A DNA stretch of 53,475 nt from Candidatus Micrarchaeia archaeon (GCA_041500865.1 JBGQMY010000006.1:1-53475), one strand, 5' to 3'; counted from the first letter of the stretch, positions 15,332-25,453 are shown. Notes: generated by a model from the sequence alone, not told the origin. Program-made: numbers and translations.

Positions 15332-18300
15332 GTGTATATCAGCAGGGTAATCCTTCGGAATTTCAAGTCGTTCAAGAGCGCAGACATCAGGATGATAAGC
15401 GGCGTCAATGCGCTTGCGGGGCCAAACGGCAGCGGCAAGTCCAACGTCTGCGACGCCATAAGGTTCATTTTAGGCGAAACGTCGCTCAAGGCCCTTAGGG
15501 CAGACTCAACCAAGCACCTGATAAACTACGGCAGCCAGTCCGCATCCGTCTCGCTTACGTTCAGCGACGGCGAGGACATGGAAATCCTGAGGGACATCGA
15601 CAAGGACGGGACAACGGAATACAGGCTCAGGGGAAAGAAGCTTACGGGCAAGGACCTGCAGAACTTCCTGATAAAAAAAGGATTATACTCGCCAAGGCGC
15701 GTAGTCATAGGCCAGGGCGAGATAAACAAGGTCGCGGAGCTGAAGCCAAAGGAGCTGAGGGAGTACATAGACGACCTGGCAGGCATCTCCGAGTATGAGA
15801 TGAAGAGGCAGGAGGCCATGAAGGAGCTTGAGTCCGCTGACCAGAGGACAAAGGAGGCCAACCTCGTGCTCGGCGAGAAGCTGAAATATTTAGATGAGCT
15901 GAAGGCAGAGATGGACCGCGCTGACGCATACATGAAGATGAAGGGCGAATTAGACGACATAAAGTACACGCTGACGCACAGGGAAATAGAGAGGATAAGG
16001 GAGGAGGAAAGCCGCCTGAACAAGAGGAAGGACGAGGCAACGGTAAGCAAGGACGAGACGCTCGGGAGGCTGGGCGAGGTCCGCGGCAGGATACAGCAGA
16101 TAATGGACGACAGGACCTCATTGAACAGGGAAGTTGAGGAAAAGGTGAAGCGCAACGAATTGTTCCAGCTGATTGAGCAGCTGAAGGCTGACATAGCAGT
16201 GAAGAAGGAGTCAATAAAGAACCTGGACGAGAAAGAGGCCATGCTCAACGAGCAGCTTTCGGCCAAGAACAGGGAGCTTTCGGAGCTCCAGACCAAATCA
16301 GTTGAGCTTGACGCAGGCATAAAGCAGTCAAGGTCCGATGCAGCGAACATAAGCGTGGAAAAGCTGAGGAAGGAGGACGAGAAGCTTGCGAAGATAGGGG
16401 CGGAGCTTGACACAAGGGCAACGGAGCTCCATTCCAAGGAAGTGGAAACGGCCTCGCTTTCATCCTCGCTCCTGAAGGACGGGGAGATGCTGAAAGTCAG
16501 GGAAGGCATGCTAAACGAGATCATAAGCAGCAAGGAAAGCGCCAGGGACGAGGGCGAAACGGTTGAAAAGGAGCTGAAGTCGGTTGAAAAGGAGTCAATG
16601 GCGCTGTTTGAAAAGGAGAAAAAGCTGAACGTCGACATAACGGAAACCGACAAGAAGACAATACGGCTCAGGGAGCGCATAGCGATAATGAGGGCCTCGG
16701 CAGGCGCCCAGAAGGTCAACCCAGCGCTTCACCTTGTTGACGAGCTGAAAAGCTCCGGCAAGGTTGACGGCATATATGGGAAGGTCATAGACTTAATACA
16801 GTTTGACGCCAAGTTCGCCGAGGCCGTTGAGGCCGCGGCCTCAGGAAGGCTCAATTACATAGTGGTGTCTGACCAGAACGTGGCAAAGGAGGTCATCGGC
16901 TACCTCAGGGATGCCAAGGTCGGCAGGGTCACGATAATACCGCTTGCGGAAATCAGGGCGAACGTCTCCGACATAAAAGAGGGCATCGGCATGCTAAGGG
17001 ATTTCGTGACGTGCGACGAGCTTTTCACGAAAGCCGTCAATTACGTTTTCGGCGATACGATTCTTGTAAACACATTTGACGAAGGCAAGAGGCTGTCAGG
17101 AAGGTATAGGGCAGTGACGCTGGACGGGACGCTCTTTGAGTCAAGCGGAGCCGTTACCGGAGGGAAGTCAACGTCAAGCATAGCAGTCAACAAGGCGCTC
17201 TCGTCGGCAGAGCAGGAGCTTGACGCCGTAAGGGCCGAAAGGGAAAATTATATAGCCCAGCTAAAGGACGTGAAGGACTCATTTTCAAAAAACAGGGAAA
17301 GGAAGGCCCAGCTGGAAGCCAAGCTTGCGTCCCTGAACGGGGAAGGCAGGGAGAAAAAATCAAGAGTGAACGCGGAGCAGCTCAAGGAAGAGGTTTTCAG
17401 GTCCAAACAGTCCATTGAGGAGCAAAAGGCCAAGGCCGGGCAAATTGGAAAGGAGATTGAGGCGACGAGGAAGGAAATTGAGAAGCTTGCGTCCGAAAGG
17501 GACAAGATACTTGAAAAGCTGAACATAGAGGAGAACGAATACGAGAAGCAGGCGCTTGAAAAGACCTCGCTGAAGGCGATGCTGCTTGAAAGGGCCAAGA
17601 ACTTCGGAACAGAAAAGGGCTCTATGCTGGACAGGATGGCTGCGCTGCAGAAGGGGATAAAGGGGATTGAGGCAAAGATAGGCGAGGCCGGAAAGGACAG
17701 GAGGTCGGACTCCGACACGCTCAGGATGAAGGAAGGCGAGCTGGCCTCGAAGGAGACAGAATTCGGCAGGAGCAGCCAGCTGCTCAGCCAGCTCATGGAA
17801 AGGATAAGGCAGCTGGAAAAGGAGCTGCAGGAGCTGGGAGCGCAGGAGAAGTCCCTTTCAGAGAAGATGTCAAAGGCCGAGAGGGACATTGCCCGCATAG
17901 AGGTTGATTTGGCCTCCATAGACACGAGGGTAGAGGACCTTGAGCGCTCAATTGAAGGCTACAAGGGCGCAACGCTCCTTGAGGCCGGAAGGATAGAGCT
18001 GGAGAAGAGGATGAAGGACCTTGAAGGGGGCCTTGCCGGAACGCAGTCCATAAACTTCGCGGCAAAGGAGACGTATTACAGGCTTTACGACGAAGTGGGC
18101 GAAATAAAGGAAAGGCTGGACAAGCTGAAAGTCGAAAAAGAAAGCATAATACAGCTCATGGAAGAGGTCAACAAAAAGAAGAAGGAGGCATTCTTTGCCA
18201 CGTACAGCAGCGTGAAGAAGAACTTCGAGGAGCTGTTTTCCCGTTTGCACAACTTCGGTAACGGCACCATAAGCCTTGACAACGAGCAGGACCCGTTCGA

Positions 18301-18643
18301 GAGCGGGCTCCACATCAAGGTGCTGAGGAACGGGAAGGACATAAGCCTGCATGCGCTCTCCGGGGGGGAAAAGACCATCGTTTCGCTGATGTTCATCTTT
18401 GCAATGCTTTTCGTCCGCCCGTCCCCGTTCTACGTGCTGGACGAGATTGACGCGTCGCTCGACAAGCTCAACAGCGAAAGGATGATAGACCTGATAAACG
18501 GCATCTCGTCCTCGACGCAGTTCATACTGGTCAGCCACAACGAAATCGTGCTGGGCAAGTGCCAGCTGATAGTCGGGGTCGCAAAAACGACGTCCGGCTC
18601 CAAGATAGTGGAAGTCAGGAATAAACCGGAGAGTTCCCAATGA
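15332..18643 (+). CDS. smc: Chromosome segregation protein SMC
   Basis: NFKSF, GPNGSGKSN, long coiled coils, hinge GIYGKVIDLI...VTLDG...GAVTGG, LSGGEK, LDEIDA, SH. Confidence 0.96.
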   Translation: MYISRVILRNFKSFKSADIRMISGVNALAGPNGSGKSNVCDAIRFILGETSLKALRADSTKHLINYGSQSASVSLTFSDGEDMEILRDIDKDGTTEYRLRGKKLTGKDLQNFLIKKGLYSPRRVVIGQGEINKVAELKPKELREYIDDLAGISEYEMKRQEAMKELESADQRTKEANLVLGEKLKYLDELKAEMDRADAYMKMKGELDDIKYTLTHREIERIREEESRLNKRKDEATVSKDETLGRLGEVRGRIQQIMDDRTSLNREVEEKVKRNELFQLIEQLKADIAVKKESIKNLDEKEAMLNEQLSAKNRELSELQTKSVELDAGIKQSRSDAANISVEKLRKEDEKLAKIGAELDTRATELHSKEVETASLSSSLLKDGEMLKVREGMLNEIISSKESARDEGETVEKELKSVEKESMALFEKEKKLNVDITETDKKTIRLRERIAIMRASAGAQKVNPALHLVDELKSSGKVDGIYGKVIDLIQFDAKFAEAVEAAASGRLNYIVVSDQNVAKEVIGYLRDAKVGRVTIIPLAEIRANVSDIKEGIGMLRDFVTCDELFTKAVNYVFGDTILVNTFDEGKRLSGRYRAVTLDGTLFESSGAVTGGKSTSSIAVNKALSSAEQELDAVRAERENYIAQLKDVKDSFSKNRERKAQLEAKLASLNGEGREKKSRVNAEQLKEEVFRSKQSIEEQKAKAGQIGKEIEATRKEIEKLASERDKILEKLNIEENEYEKQALEKTSLKAMLLERAKNFGTEKGSMLDRMAALQKGIKGIEAKIGEAGKDRRSDSDTLRMKEGELASKETEFGRSSQLLSQLMERIRQLEKELQELGAQEKSLSEKMSKAERDIARIEVDLASIDTRVEDLERSIEGYKGATLLEAGRIELEKRMKDLEGGLAGTQSINFAAKETYYRLYDEVGEIKERLDKLKVEKESIIQLMEEVNKKKKEAFFATYSSVKKNFEELFSRLHNFGNGTISLDNEQDPFESGLHIKVLRNGKDISLHALSGGEKTIVSLMFIFAMLFVRPSPFYVLDEIDASLDKLNSERMIDLINGISSSTQFILVSHNEIVLGKCQLIVGVAKTTSGSKIVEVRNKPESSQ

Positions 18644-19649
18644 TTATGTAGTCAAGCACGACGTTTCCGGATATTTCCGCGTTCAGCACAAGGGCCATGC
18701 TTGTCGCGTTCCGCCCGTCTTCAAGGCTCACCGTCACCATGCTGTCCGGCATCCGGTACGGGGAGTTTTCCAGCGAAACGTCCGCCATCATGACCTCCTT
18801 CATGCCCTTTGCGAAGCTTATGTTGAGCGGCGCAGCGGATTTTATGTACGAGCTGGGGAACGTCGCGTTGCCGTAGTCTTCCGCTATCGCCGTCTCGTTC
18901 GTCATGCTGCCGTTGACTATGATGTAGCTGTCGCCGACCCAGTCCACGTAGCCCTTCCTTGCCAGTGGCATTGAATTAAGATACACGATATTGGATATCT
19001 CCGCAGTGGCGTTCGGATAGTCCGCAACCATGGTCCTGTTGACGAAGTCTATCTCGTAGCTGTAGGTCTTTTCCGATACGTTGAGTATCGGCCCGACGAG
19101 GTCTATCCTCTTCCTTTCGCTGACTATGACGGCGTTCTGCATTACGTTCACGCTTCCGCCCACCACAAGGGCGTCTGCCCTTATGTCCATGGAGCTGCCC
19201 AGCCCCATCGTCGGCTTGAGGTAGACCTCAAGCGGCAGCGAAACGTTGACGGCGTAGGTTCCGTTAAGCGTCCCGTTTCCCAGCGGCGTCAGCACGGCCT
19301 TTGAAAGCACTGTCCCGTATTTGCCGTCCGCGAACCTGTATATGTCCATGGATGCGCTCTCGTTGTCCGTGGTTATGAGTATTTCCGTCGGGTTTTCATA
19401 GACTTTCTTAACGCCGGGCATGGCCGATATGTTGTCTTTTATCTGGCTGAAGTTTACGGGGTTCAGTATCTCCACTATGCCCTTGTACGACTCTATGGAG
19501 TATTGGGCATCCAGCACGCCTATCATGTATGACTGTACCTGCTGCTGGCTGCTTTGGGCAGAGCTGCCGAAGAGCATGATGTCCCCAAGGAACAGGACGA
19601 CTGCCGCAACCCCGATTGCAATAAATTTATATATGGTTTGCTTGTCCAT
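18615..19649 (-). CDS. Membrane-anchored/secreted hypothetical protein
   Basis: N-terminal TM segment, beta-rich body with several N-x-S/T sequons, AGGTGA RBS. Confidence 0.75.
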   Translation of the reverse strand: MDKQTIYKFIAIGVAAVVLFLGDIMLFGSSAQSSQQQVQSYMIGVLDAQYSIESYKGIVEILNPVNFSQIKDNISAMPGVKKVYENPTEILITTDNESASMDIYRFADGKYGTVLSKAVLTPLGNGTLNGTYAVNVSLPLEVYLKPTMGLGSSMDIRADALVVGGSVNVMQNAVIVSERKRIDLVGPILNVSEKTYSYEIDFVNRTMVADYPNATAEISNIVYLNSMPLARKGYVDWVGDSYIIVNGSMTNETAIAEDYGNATFPSSYIKSAAPLNISFAKGMKEVMMADVSLENSPYRMPDSMVTVSLEDGRNATSMALVLNAEISGNVVLDYIIIGNSPVYS

Positions 19650-19695
19650 ATCCCTCACCTAACCTGAAAAGCCTTTTAAAAGATGGTGGATTGCG

Positions 19696-20355
19696 ATGGA
19701 AAAAGGGGACTTTGTATTGCTTGAGATGGAAGGCCGGGATGCCTCCGGGCAGGCGTTCGACAGCACGAAAGGAGAGACTGCCAAGAGCCTCCACGGCAAG
19801 GAGGGGCCAATACTCATAATATACGGATACGCGGTGATGGTGAAGGGCATCAACGACGCTATCGGCAGGATGAAGGAAGGCGAATCCCTGAGCATAGCCC
19901 TTGAGCCGGAGGACGCCTTCGGCGACAAGAAGCCGGAGAAGATAAAGGTGTATCCGGTTTCGGAGTTCATAAAGGCGGGCTACAAGAGCCTTGCGCCGGG
20001 CATGGTCATGGTCATCAACGTGCCTACAGGCAAGCTTAGCGGCACGATAAAGAGCATATCCAACGGAAGGGTCACGGTCGACTTCAACCATCCCTTGGCA
20101 GGCAAGAAGGTTTTCTACGATCTGAAGGTCGCAAAAGTCATAAGGGAAATGGGCGAGAAGGTTTCCAAGCTCTGCGAGACGCTTTCCATAGCCGCAAGCT
20201 CGATTGTCAACGAGAACGAGAAAAAGATAATCGTGATAGTCAAGGAGGACAAGGAAGGCAACAAGGGCGTCCTTTATTCCAACCTTGAGCTGCTGTTCCC
20301 GAATTACAAAAGGGAGATAAATGACGCTGCTGGAAAGGACAAGGGAACTGCCTGA
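19696..20355 (+). CDS. FKBP-type peptidyl-prolyl isomerase (SlyD-like, long archaeal type)
   Basis: KGDFV, FDST, GMVKG-like/MKEGE..LEPEDAFG, VTVDFNHPLAGK. Confidence 0.92.
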   Translation: MEKGDFVLLEMEGRDASGQAFDSTKGETAKSLHGKEGPILIIYGYAVMVKGINDAIGRMKEGESLSIALEPEDAFGDKKPEKIKVYPVSEFIKAGYKSLAPGMVMVINVPTGKLSGTIKSISNGRVTVDFNHPLAGKKVFYDLKVAKVIREMGEKVSKLCETLSIAASSIVNENEKKIIVIVKEDKEGNKGVLYSNLELLFPNYKREINDAAGKDKGTA

Positions 20356-21073
20356 ATACCGCTCCCTAATGGAAGGCGTGCTCAGGCCAAGGGAGCCTTT
20401 CGGCTCGCCTACGATAAAGGAGCAGGAAAAAAGCAGGTTCATATCGTCCGTAAAGCTTCCGCTGCCCAGCCACATTGTCATATATGAGGCGCACAAGCCC
20501 TATTCCGTTCCCACGAATTATTATCAGAGCCTTTCAGTGGACGGCACAGCGCTTGAGGACAGCTTCACGTCCGGCTCGTTCCGCGGCCTGGTTTTCTTCG
20601 GCGACAGCATTCTCCTGCTTTCAAACCATGCGATAAACAGCCACGGCTCCGACTATTCGCTGCACTACGTTGCGGTCCACTTTTCAAAGGACGAGCTAAG
20701 CATAAAGAAGGAAGCAGGCAGCACAACCGTGTCGTTTTCCGGGGGCAAAACCGCGAAGTGCATGACAACAGGGGAAAGCGCAAAGCACGCTATAAAATTC
20801 TCGTTCACGCATTCCACAATCGGCAACAGGATGATAACGCCGGAAAAGGCCATGGAATCGGATTTGGTCAAAAACTACGTAAAGAGGTTCGGGGGCGCAA
20901 GCGCCTACCTAACGTCGTCAAGGCTCATGGGATTCACCATAACGACGCCGTTCATCCTGCCCCACCCCCACGCGTTCAGGTTCCACAAGGAGCTTGGCTT
21001 CGAAAGCAGGGCGCAGATGGCATTTGCGTGCGAAAAGGAGCTGGGGGCGCTGCTCGGGCTGCAAAGCGGCTAG
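20321..21073 (+). CDS. Hypothetical protein (250 aa)
   Basis: Long ORF with genome-typical codon usage overlapping the FKBP gene end; no motif recognised. Confidence 0.7.
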   Translation: MTLLERTRELPEYRSLMEGVLRPREPFGSPTIKEQEKSRFISSVKLPLPSHIVIYEAHKPYSVPTNYYQSLSVDGTALEDSFTSGSFRGLVFFGDSILLLSNHAINSHGSDYSLHYVAVHFSKDELSIKKEAGSTTVSFSGGKTAKCMTTGESAKHAIKFSFTHSTIGNRMITPEKAMESDLVKNYVKRFGGASAYLTSSRLMGFTITTPFILPHPHAFRFHKELGFESRAQMAFACEKELGALLGLQSG

Positions 21074-21102
21074 TTTAAAATTCCAACCCAACGGTTATTG
21101 GC

Positions 21103-22293
21103 ATGATGGCAAAGACGCAGTTCATGAGGTTCAAGGCGCTGGAACTGGAGAACGGCCTGACGCTTAAGGACTTTGAAATCGCATACGAGGCGCACGGCGC
21201 CCTCAACGGGAAAAAGGACAATGCCATTCTCGTGTTCCATGCGCTTTCAGGCGGCTCCCACATAGCCGGCGCGCTTGAGCGCAGCGATGGCGACGAAAAG
21301 CTCAACCCAAGGGAATACCTCAGAAAGCACGGCTGCTTCAAAGAGCCGAGAAACGGCTGGTGGGACATCGCAGTGGGGCCGGGCAAGGCGTTTGACACCA
21401 ATGCGTATTTCGTAGTCTGCGCCAACATCATAGGCGGGTGCTATGGCTCGACAGGGCCCTGCTCAATGAACCCGGAAACAGGAAAGCGGTACGGCAGCAG
21501 GTTTCCGGTCATAACGGTCAGGGACATAGCCAGGAGCCAGAAGATGCTTATTGAAAAGCTTGGCATAAAGAGGCTGCTTGCGGCTGTCGGGGTGTCAACA
21601 GGCGGCCTTCCCCTGCTGGAATGGTCCCTAATGTACCCGAAGGGCGCGGAGCTGTTCATCGCAATCGCCACCTCGGCGACAAGGACCAGGATAACGCTTT
21701 CAAGGAACAACAACCAGAAATACTCGATAACGACGGACCAGAACTTCGGCAACGGGGACTATTACGAAAGGGAATGGCCTTCTGGCTGGCCGATAGGCGG
21801 CCTCAAGCTCGCGAGGATGCTCGCGCACGAGACGTACGTTGACCTGGACGCAAGGGAAATCAAGGACGAGGTGGTTCCGAACGACAGGGACATCGACAAA
21901 TATAACATACAGAACCCCATAGAGTCGTTCATGCACAGGGAGGGCAACAGGTTCGTCCAGCGCTTTGACGCAAACACGTTTGTGAAAATCCTTGACTTCA
22001 CGAACGCATATGACGTGAAAAAGGCGCACAATGCAAAGGAGCTTTTCAGGGCGTTCAGGAAGGTTGCCGGCGGCGAATACCTAATCATAAGCATAAGCGA
22101 CGACTACTGTTTCTACCCCGAGGAGTCAAAGGAGCTGTTTGACGCCCTTGACCGGGCCGGCGTGAATGCGCATTACAGGATAATCCACTCGTCAAAGGGG
22201 CACGACGCATTCCTCGTTGAGGGTGAGAAGGTCAATGACGCGATTTCGCCCATACTGGGCAGGGCATACGCCAGAACCAGGAATGTGGCATAG
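21103..22293 (+). CDS. metX: Homoserine O-acyltransferase (MetX family alpha/beta hydrolase)
   Basis: NAILVFHALSG, GWWD..VGPGKAFDT, NIIGGCYGSTGP, FPVITVRD, GVSTGG nucleophile, RFDAN, SDD, GHDAFL. Confidence 0.88.
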   Translation: MMAKTQFMRFKALELENGLTLKDFEIAYEAHGALNGKKDNAILVFHALSGGSHIAGALERSDGDEKLNPREYLRKHGCFKEPRNGWWDIAVGPGKAFDTNAYFVVCANIIGGCYGSTGPCSMNPETGKRYGSRFPVITVRDIARSQKMLIEKLGIKRLLAAVGVSTGGLPLLEWSLMYPKGAELFIAIATSATRTRITLSRNNNQKYSITTDQNFGNGDYYEREWPSGWPIGGLKLARMLAHETYVDLDAREIKDEVVPNDRDIDKYNIQNPIESFMHREGNRFVQRFDANTFVKILDFTNAYDVKKAHNAKELFRAFRKVAGGEYLIISISDDYCFYPEESKELFDALDRAGVNAHYRIIHSSKGHDAFLVEGEKVNDAISPILGRAYARTRNVA

Positions 22294-22839
22294 ATGTGCG
22301 AGCTCGGCCAGCTGTTCGGTACCGGCATGGTGCTTGAAATCCAGCTGGCGGCGCTGTTCGCAATAGCCGTCACTGCGCTTTTCTGGCTCGGCGAGTTCAG
22401 GAAGAGGCAGATTTCAGTCGCGCTTTTCCGCTTTCCGCTTTTGCTGTGGGCCATTTTCGGCACGCTTGACATGACAATAACGGCAAAGGGCGTCCTGGAA
22501 GGCGCCCCAAGCGAGGGATTCTGGCTTGCCAAGCTCGCTTTTGGGCATTTCGGGGCCGTTGGCCCGGTTGTCGCGAGCGTGCTATGGATTTCGCTCTGGG
22601 CTGGCGTCGTCCTTGCATTGAACAGGACGAGGCCGCCGTTTTATTCAACCGTCTCGCTCATGATATTCTACGCGTTGGCAATCAGCCATTTCTTCGGCTT
22701 CAGCTCCTGGCTCGTCTCTGCATGCTGGGTGGCAAGGCCCGTTTACGGCACCATGCCGGATTTCAGCTCCGTCGGCACGCTCCTCGCAGTCCCTGCCGCC
22801 ATAATACACACCATATTGGCGGAGAAGGGCAAGCAATAA
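22294..22839 (+). CDS. Integral membrane hypothetical protein
   Basis: About five hydrophobic segments; abuts the metX stop. Confidence 0.65.
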   Translation: MCELGQLFGTGMVLEIQLAALFAIAVTALFWLGEFRKRQISVALFRFPLLLWAIFGTLDMTITAKGVLEGAPSEGFWLAKLAFGHFGAVGPVVASVLWISLWAGVVLALNRTRPPFYSTVSLMIFYALAISHFFGFSSWLVSACWVARPVYGTMPDFSSVGTLLAVPAAIIHTILAEKGKQ

Positions 22840-22846
22840 AAACCTC

Positions 22847-23095
22847 ATGAGGCAATTGGCCTTTATGGACCAAAACGAGGCTTTCGGCAGGTGCATCTGC
22901 GCGATGTGCCCGACCTACATGGAGTGCGAGCAGGGAAAGGCATTTTGCATGCCAGGCGCAAAAAGAAGCAAGTGTATAAAGGCGGAGAACGGCTGCATAT
23001 GCCCCGGCTGCCCCGTGTTCAGCGAGATGAAGTTCTCATCCGTCTATTACTGCATAAAGGGCAGCGACGCGGAGCAGAAGCCAGGCCGGAAATGA
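22847..23095 (+). CDS. Cys-rich small protein (DUF2769-like)
   Basis: CICAMCPTYMEC...FC...GCICPGCPV...YYCIKG. Confidence 0.75.
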   Translation: MRQLAFMDQNEAFGRCICAMCPTYMECEQGKAFCMPGAKRSKCIKAENGCICPGCPVFSEMKFSSVYYCIKGSDAEQKPGRK

Positions 23096-23114
23096 GTGCC
23101 GTTCTCGTGGAATA

Positions 23115-23152
23115 GTATATCCTTTTAAACATTTGGTATATCAAGGTATACT
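23115..23152 (+). promoter_or_regulatory. Toxin-antitoxin promoter with repeated GTATA(T/C) operator-like boxes
   Basis: TTTTAAA at 23123-23129, flanked by GTATAT (23115), GGTATATC (23135) and GGTATACT (23145). Confidence 0.5.
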
Positions 23153-23374
23153 ATGTTTACAACAATCAAAGTTTCTAAGGAGCTTAGGGACAGGCTGGAA
23201 AAGATGAAGATGGGGGGAGGCGAGACCTACGAAAGCGTAATAGAGGACCTTATAGAGGACCATCTGGAGCTAAATCCCGAATTCAAGAAGAAGCTGGAAT
23301 CCAGGGTAAAGGAAGCAGAGAAAGGGGAATTCGTAAGTTTCAGCGAAGTCAAGAAAAGATATTCCAGGAGCTGA
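23153..23374 (+). CDS. Antitoxin, ribbon-helix-helix-like
   Basis: TTIKVSKELRDRLEKMK..ETYESVIEDLI and C-terminal GEFVSFSEVKK; lies upstream of a RelE-like gene. Confidence 0.8.
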   Translation: MFTTIKVSKELRDRLEKMKMGGGETYESVIEDLIEDHLELNPEFKKKLESRVKEAEKGEFVSFSEVKKRYSRS

Positions 23375-23378
23375 TTGC

Positions 23379-23621
23379 GTGTATGAAATACGCTTCGTAA
23401 AAAGCGCCCCAAGCGACCTCGATTCGCTGGATGACGAATACAGGGAGCGGGTATTCGCAGTATTGGAAAGGATAAAAGTGAATCCTTTCCGCCATGCAAG
23501 GAAACTGAGCGGATCTGATTCCTTTAGGTTTAGAGTTGGGGATTATAGGATTCTTGCGAATATAGAAGGCAATTTCATATCAGTATATGCCATTGAGCAT
23601 AGAAAAAGTGTTTACAAATAG
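23379..23621 (+). CDS. RelE/ParE family toxin
   Basis: MYEIRF...DLDSLD...NP...KLSG..FRFRVGDYRIL...IEHRKSVYK. Confidence 0.9.
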   Translation: MYEIRFVKSAPSDLDSLDDEYRERVFAVLERIKVNPFRHARKLSGSDSFRFRVGDYRILANIEGNFISVYAIEHRKSVYK

Positions 23622-23629
23622 GTAATCCC

Positions 23630-24325
23630 ATGGCAAAACCAAAGGCAGTGATATTTGATTTGGACAACACGCTGATTGACTTCACAGAGACGAAGAACAT
23701 CGCGATACGCGAGTCGGTTAAGGCGATGGTTGACAAGGGCCTCGGCAAGAATTTTGAAACGCTGCTTAAGGATTTCACTGCTTACTACTGGAAGCACGGC
23801 ATAGAGGACCAGCGCATATTCCAGAAGTTCTTCAGGGAGCGCTTCGGAAAGGTGGACTACATCGTCTTGGCAAGCGCAATCCTCGCATACAGGAAGGCCA
23901 AGGAGGGCATACTGAAGCCCTATCCAGGGGCAAAGGCCCTGCTGATATTCCTCAAGGAGAAAGGATACAGGCTCGCCATCCTTTCGGACGCGCCCAAGCT
24001 GGAGGCTTACCTGAGGCTGTGCGCCATAGGCTTGGACGACTTCTTTGACGTGATACTGACAAAAAGCGACACCAAGAGGATGAAACCCAACAACCGGGGC
24101 TTCATCATGGCAGCAAGGAGGCTGGGCGTTGGAACGAACGATTGCATAATGATAGGCGACATGCCAAGCCGCGACATAGAGGGCGCAAGGAAGCTCGGCA
24201 TGAGGGCCGTTTTCGCGCAGTACGGCCACAGGAACGGGGAGGACGGCTCCAACGCAGATTACGCCGCGAAATCAATAAAGGACATTGAAAGGGTAATAAA
24301 GGCAATTGAAAGGGAATCTGGTTAA
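23630..24325 (+). CDS. HAD-superfamily hydrolase
   Basis: FDLDNTL, PYPG, LSD, KP, MIGD..RDIEGA..LGM. Confidence 0.9.
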   Translation: MAKPKAVIFDLDNTLIDFTETKNIAIRESVKAMVDKGLGKNFETLLKDFTAYYWKHGIEDQRIFQKFFRERFGKVDYIVLASAILAYRKAKEGILKPYPGAKALLIFLKEKGYRLAILSDAPKLEAYLRLCAIGLDDFFDVILTKSDTKRMKPNNRGFIMAARRLGVGTNDCIMIGDMPSRDIEGARKLGMRAVFAQYGHRNGEDGSNADYAAKSIKDIERVIKAIERESG

Positions 24326-24340
24326 ATGGAGGGTGAGAAC

Positions 24341-24601
24341 ATGAAAATAGAAAAAAAGATGTGGCCGCAGGAGTTCGGGGAAATGCTCGGCGGGAAAAAG
24401 GTATTTGACGTCAGGCTCGCTGACTTTGAATGCAGGCCGGGCGACGTGCTTGTGCTCAGGGAATGGGACCCGGAAACAAAACAGTATACCGGAAGGAGCA
24501 TAGAGAAAAACGTAACCTCTGTCTTCAAGACGAAAGAGCAGAGGTTCTGGCCAGAGGGGGACGTTGAAAAGTACGGCTTCCAGGTAATCGGGTTCCGCTA
24601 G
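24341..24601 (+). CDS. DUF3850/ASCH (PUA-like) protein
   Basis: KKMWPQEF..GKKVFDVRLADF..GDVLVLREWDP..YTGR; GAGGGTGA RBS. Confidence 0.8.
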   Translation: MKIEKKMWPQEFGEMLGGKKVFDVRLADFECRPGDVLVLREWDPETKQYTGRSIEKNVTSVFKTKEQRFWPEGDVEKYGFQVIGFR

Positions 24602-25453
24602 CTAGTCCGGCTCAATGTGGATATTGACTTCCTTCACGCGCGGGACCTTCCTCTTTATCCTGTCCTTTATCTCATGGGCCACTGTGTGGGCTGACTTCAC
24701 AGGGGTGTTCGGCGGCATGTGGATATGCACGTCAACAAGTATCATGCTGCCAGCCAGCCTTGCCCTGAGCTTGTGGTACCTTGTTATCCTTTTCTCCCCC
24801 TTCAGGACGCTTTCTATCTTTTCCATCGTTTCGCTGTCTGGCGCGAAGTCCATGAACACGACAATGGATTTCCACAGTATCTCAGCTGATATGCAGAGCA
24901 TGACCAGGCCCACGGCAATGGCAGACAGCGGGTCGCCCATGCCGAATCCCAGCTTTACAAGCACCAACCCCACAAGGACCGACACCGAGCTTATCACGTC
25001 AGTGGTGAAATGCGCGGAGTCTGCCTCAAGGGCGGAGCTGCCCTCGCTCTCTGCCACCTTCCCGAGGTATTTGGACGTGTAAAGCGTTATAGGTATGGAG
25101 ATGAGCATCAGCGCTATGCCGACTTCCGAGAACTCAACGGCCGAGGGCGATGAAATCTTGTGCGCGGCCTCGTACATGACTATTGCCGCCGTTGCCGCTA
25201 TCAGCAGCCCCTGTATCAGCGAAGAGAGGTTTTCGAACTTCTCATGGCCGAACTGGTGCTCCCTGTCGCTGGGCTCCCCTGCCATCTTTATCCCGACGTA
25301 TGCGAGCGCCGAGGCCAGCAGGTCAAAAAAGGAGTGCGCGGCCTCTGCAAGGAGGCCCATGCTTCCTGTTATGTACGCTGCGCCTACCTTGGATGCGAGC
25401 AATGCGACATTTACGCCAATGGAAAGCGAGGCTGCGCCGAGCTTCTGCGCCAT
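24602..25453 (-). CDS. Cation diffusion facilitator metal efflux transporter (FieF-like)
   Basis: AEAAHSFFD, DREHQFGHEKFE, ADSAHFTTD, C-terminal VDVHI...IHIEP; six TM segments. Confidence 0.93.
   Translation of the reverse strand: MAQKLGAASLSIGVNVALLASKVGAAYITGSMGLLAEAAHSFFDLLASALAYVGIKMAGEPSDREHQFGHEKFENLSSLIQGLLIAATAAIVMYEAAHKISSPSAVEFSEVGIALMLISIPITLYTSKYLGKVAESEGSSALEADSAHFTTDVISSVSVLVGLVLVKLGFGMGDPLSAIAVGLVMLCISAEILWKSIVVFMDFAPDSETMEKIESVLKGEKRITRYHKLRARLAGSMILVDVHIHMPPNTPVKSAHTVAHEIKDRIKRKVPRVKEVNIHIEPD

Noticed and set aside
15526..18640. Long antisense ORFs (397, 225, 230 aa) opposite smc, and similar shadows elsewhere
   Set aside because: Ser/Phe/Leu-rich mirror translations caused by codon bias of the sense gene.
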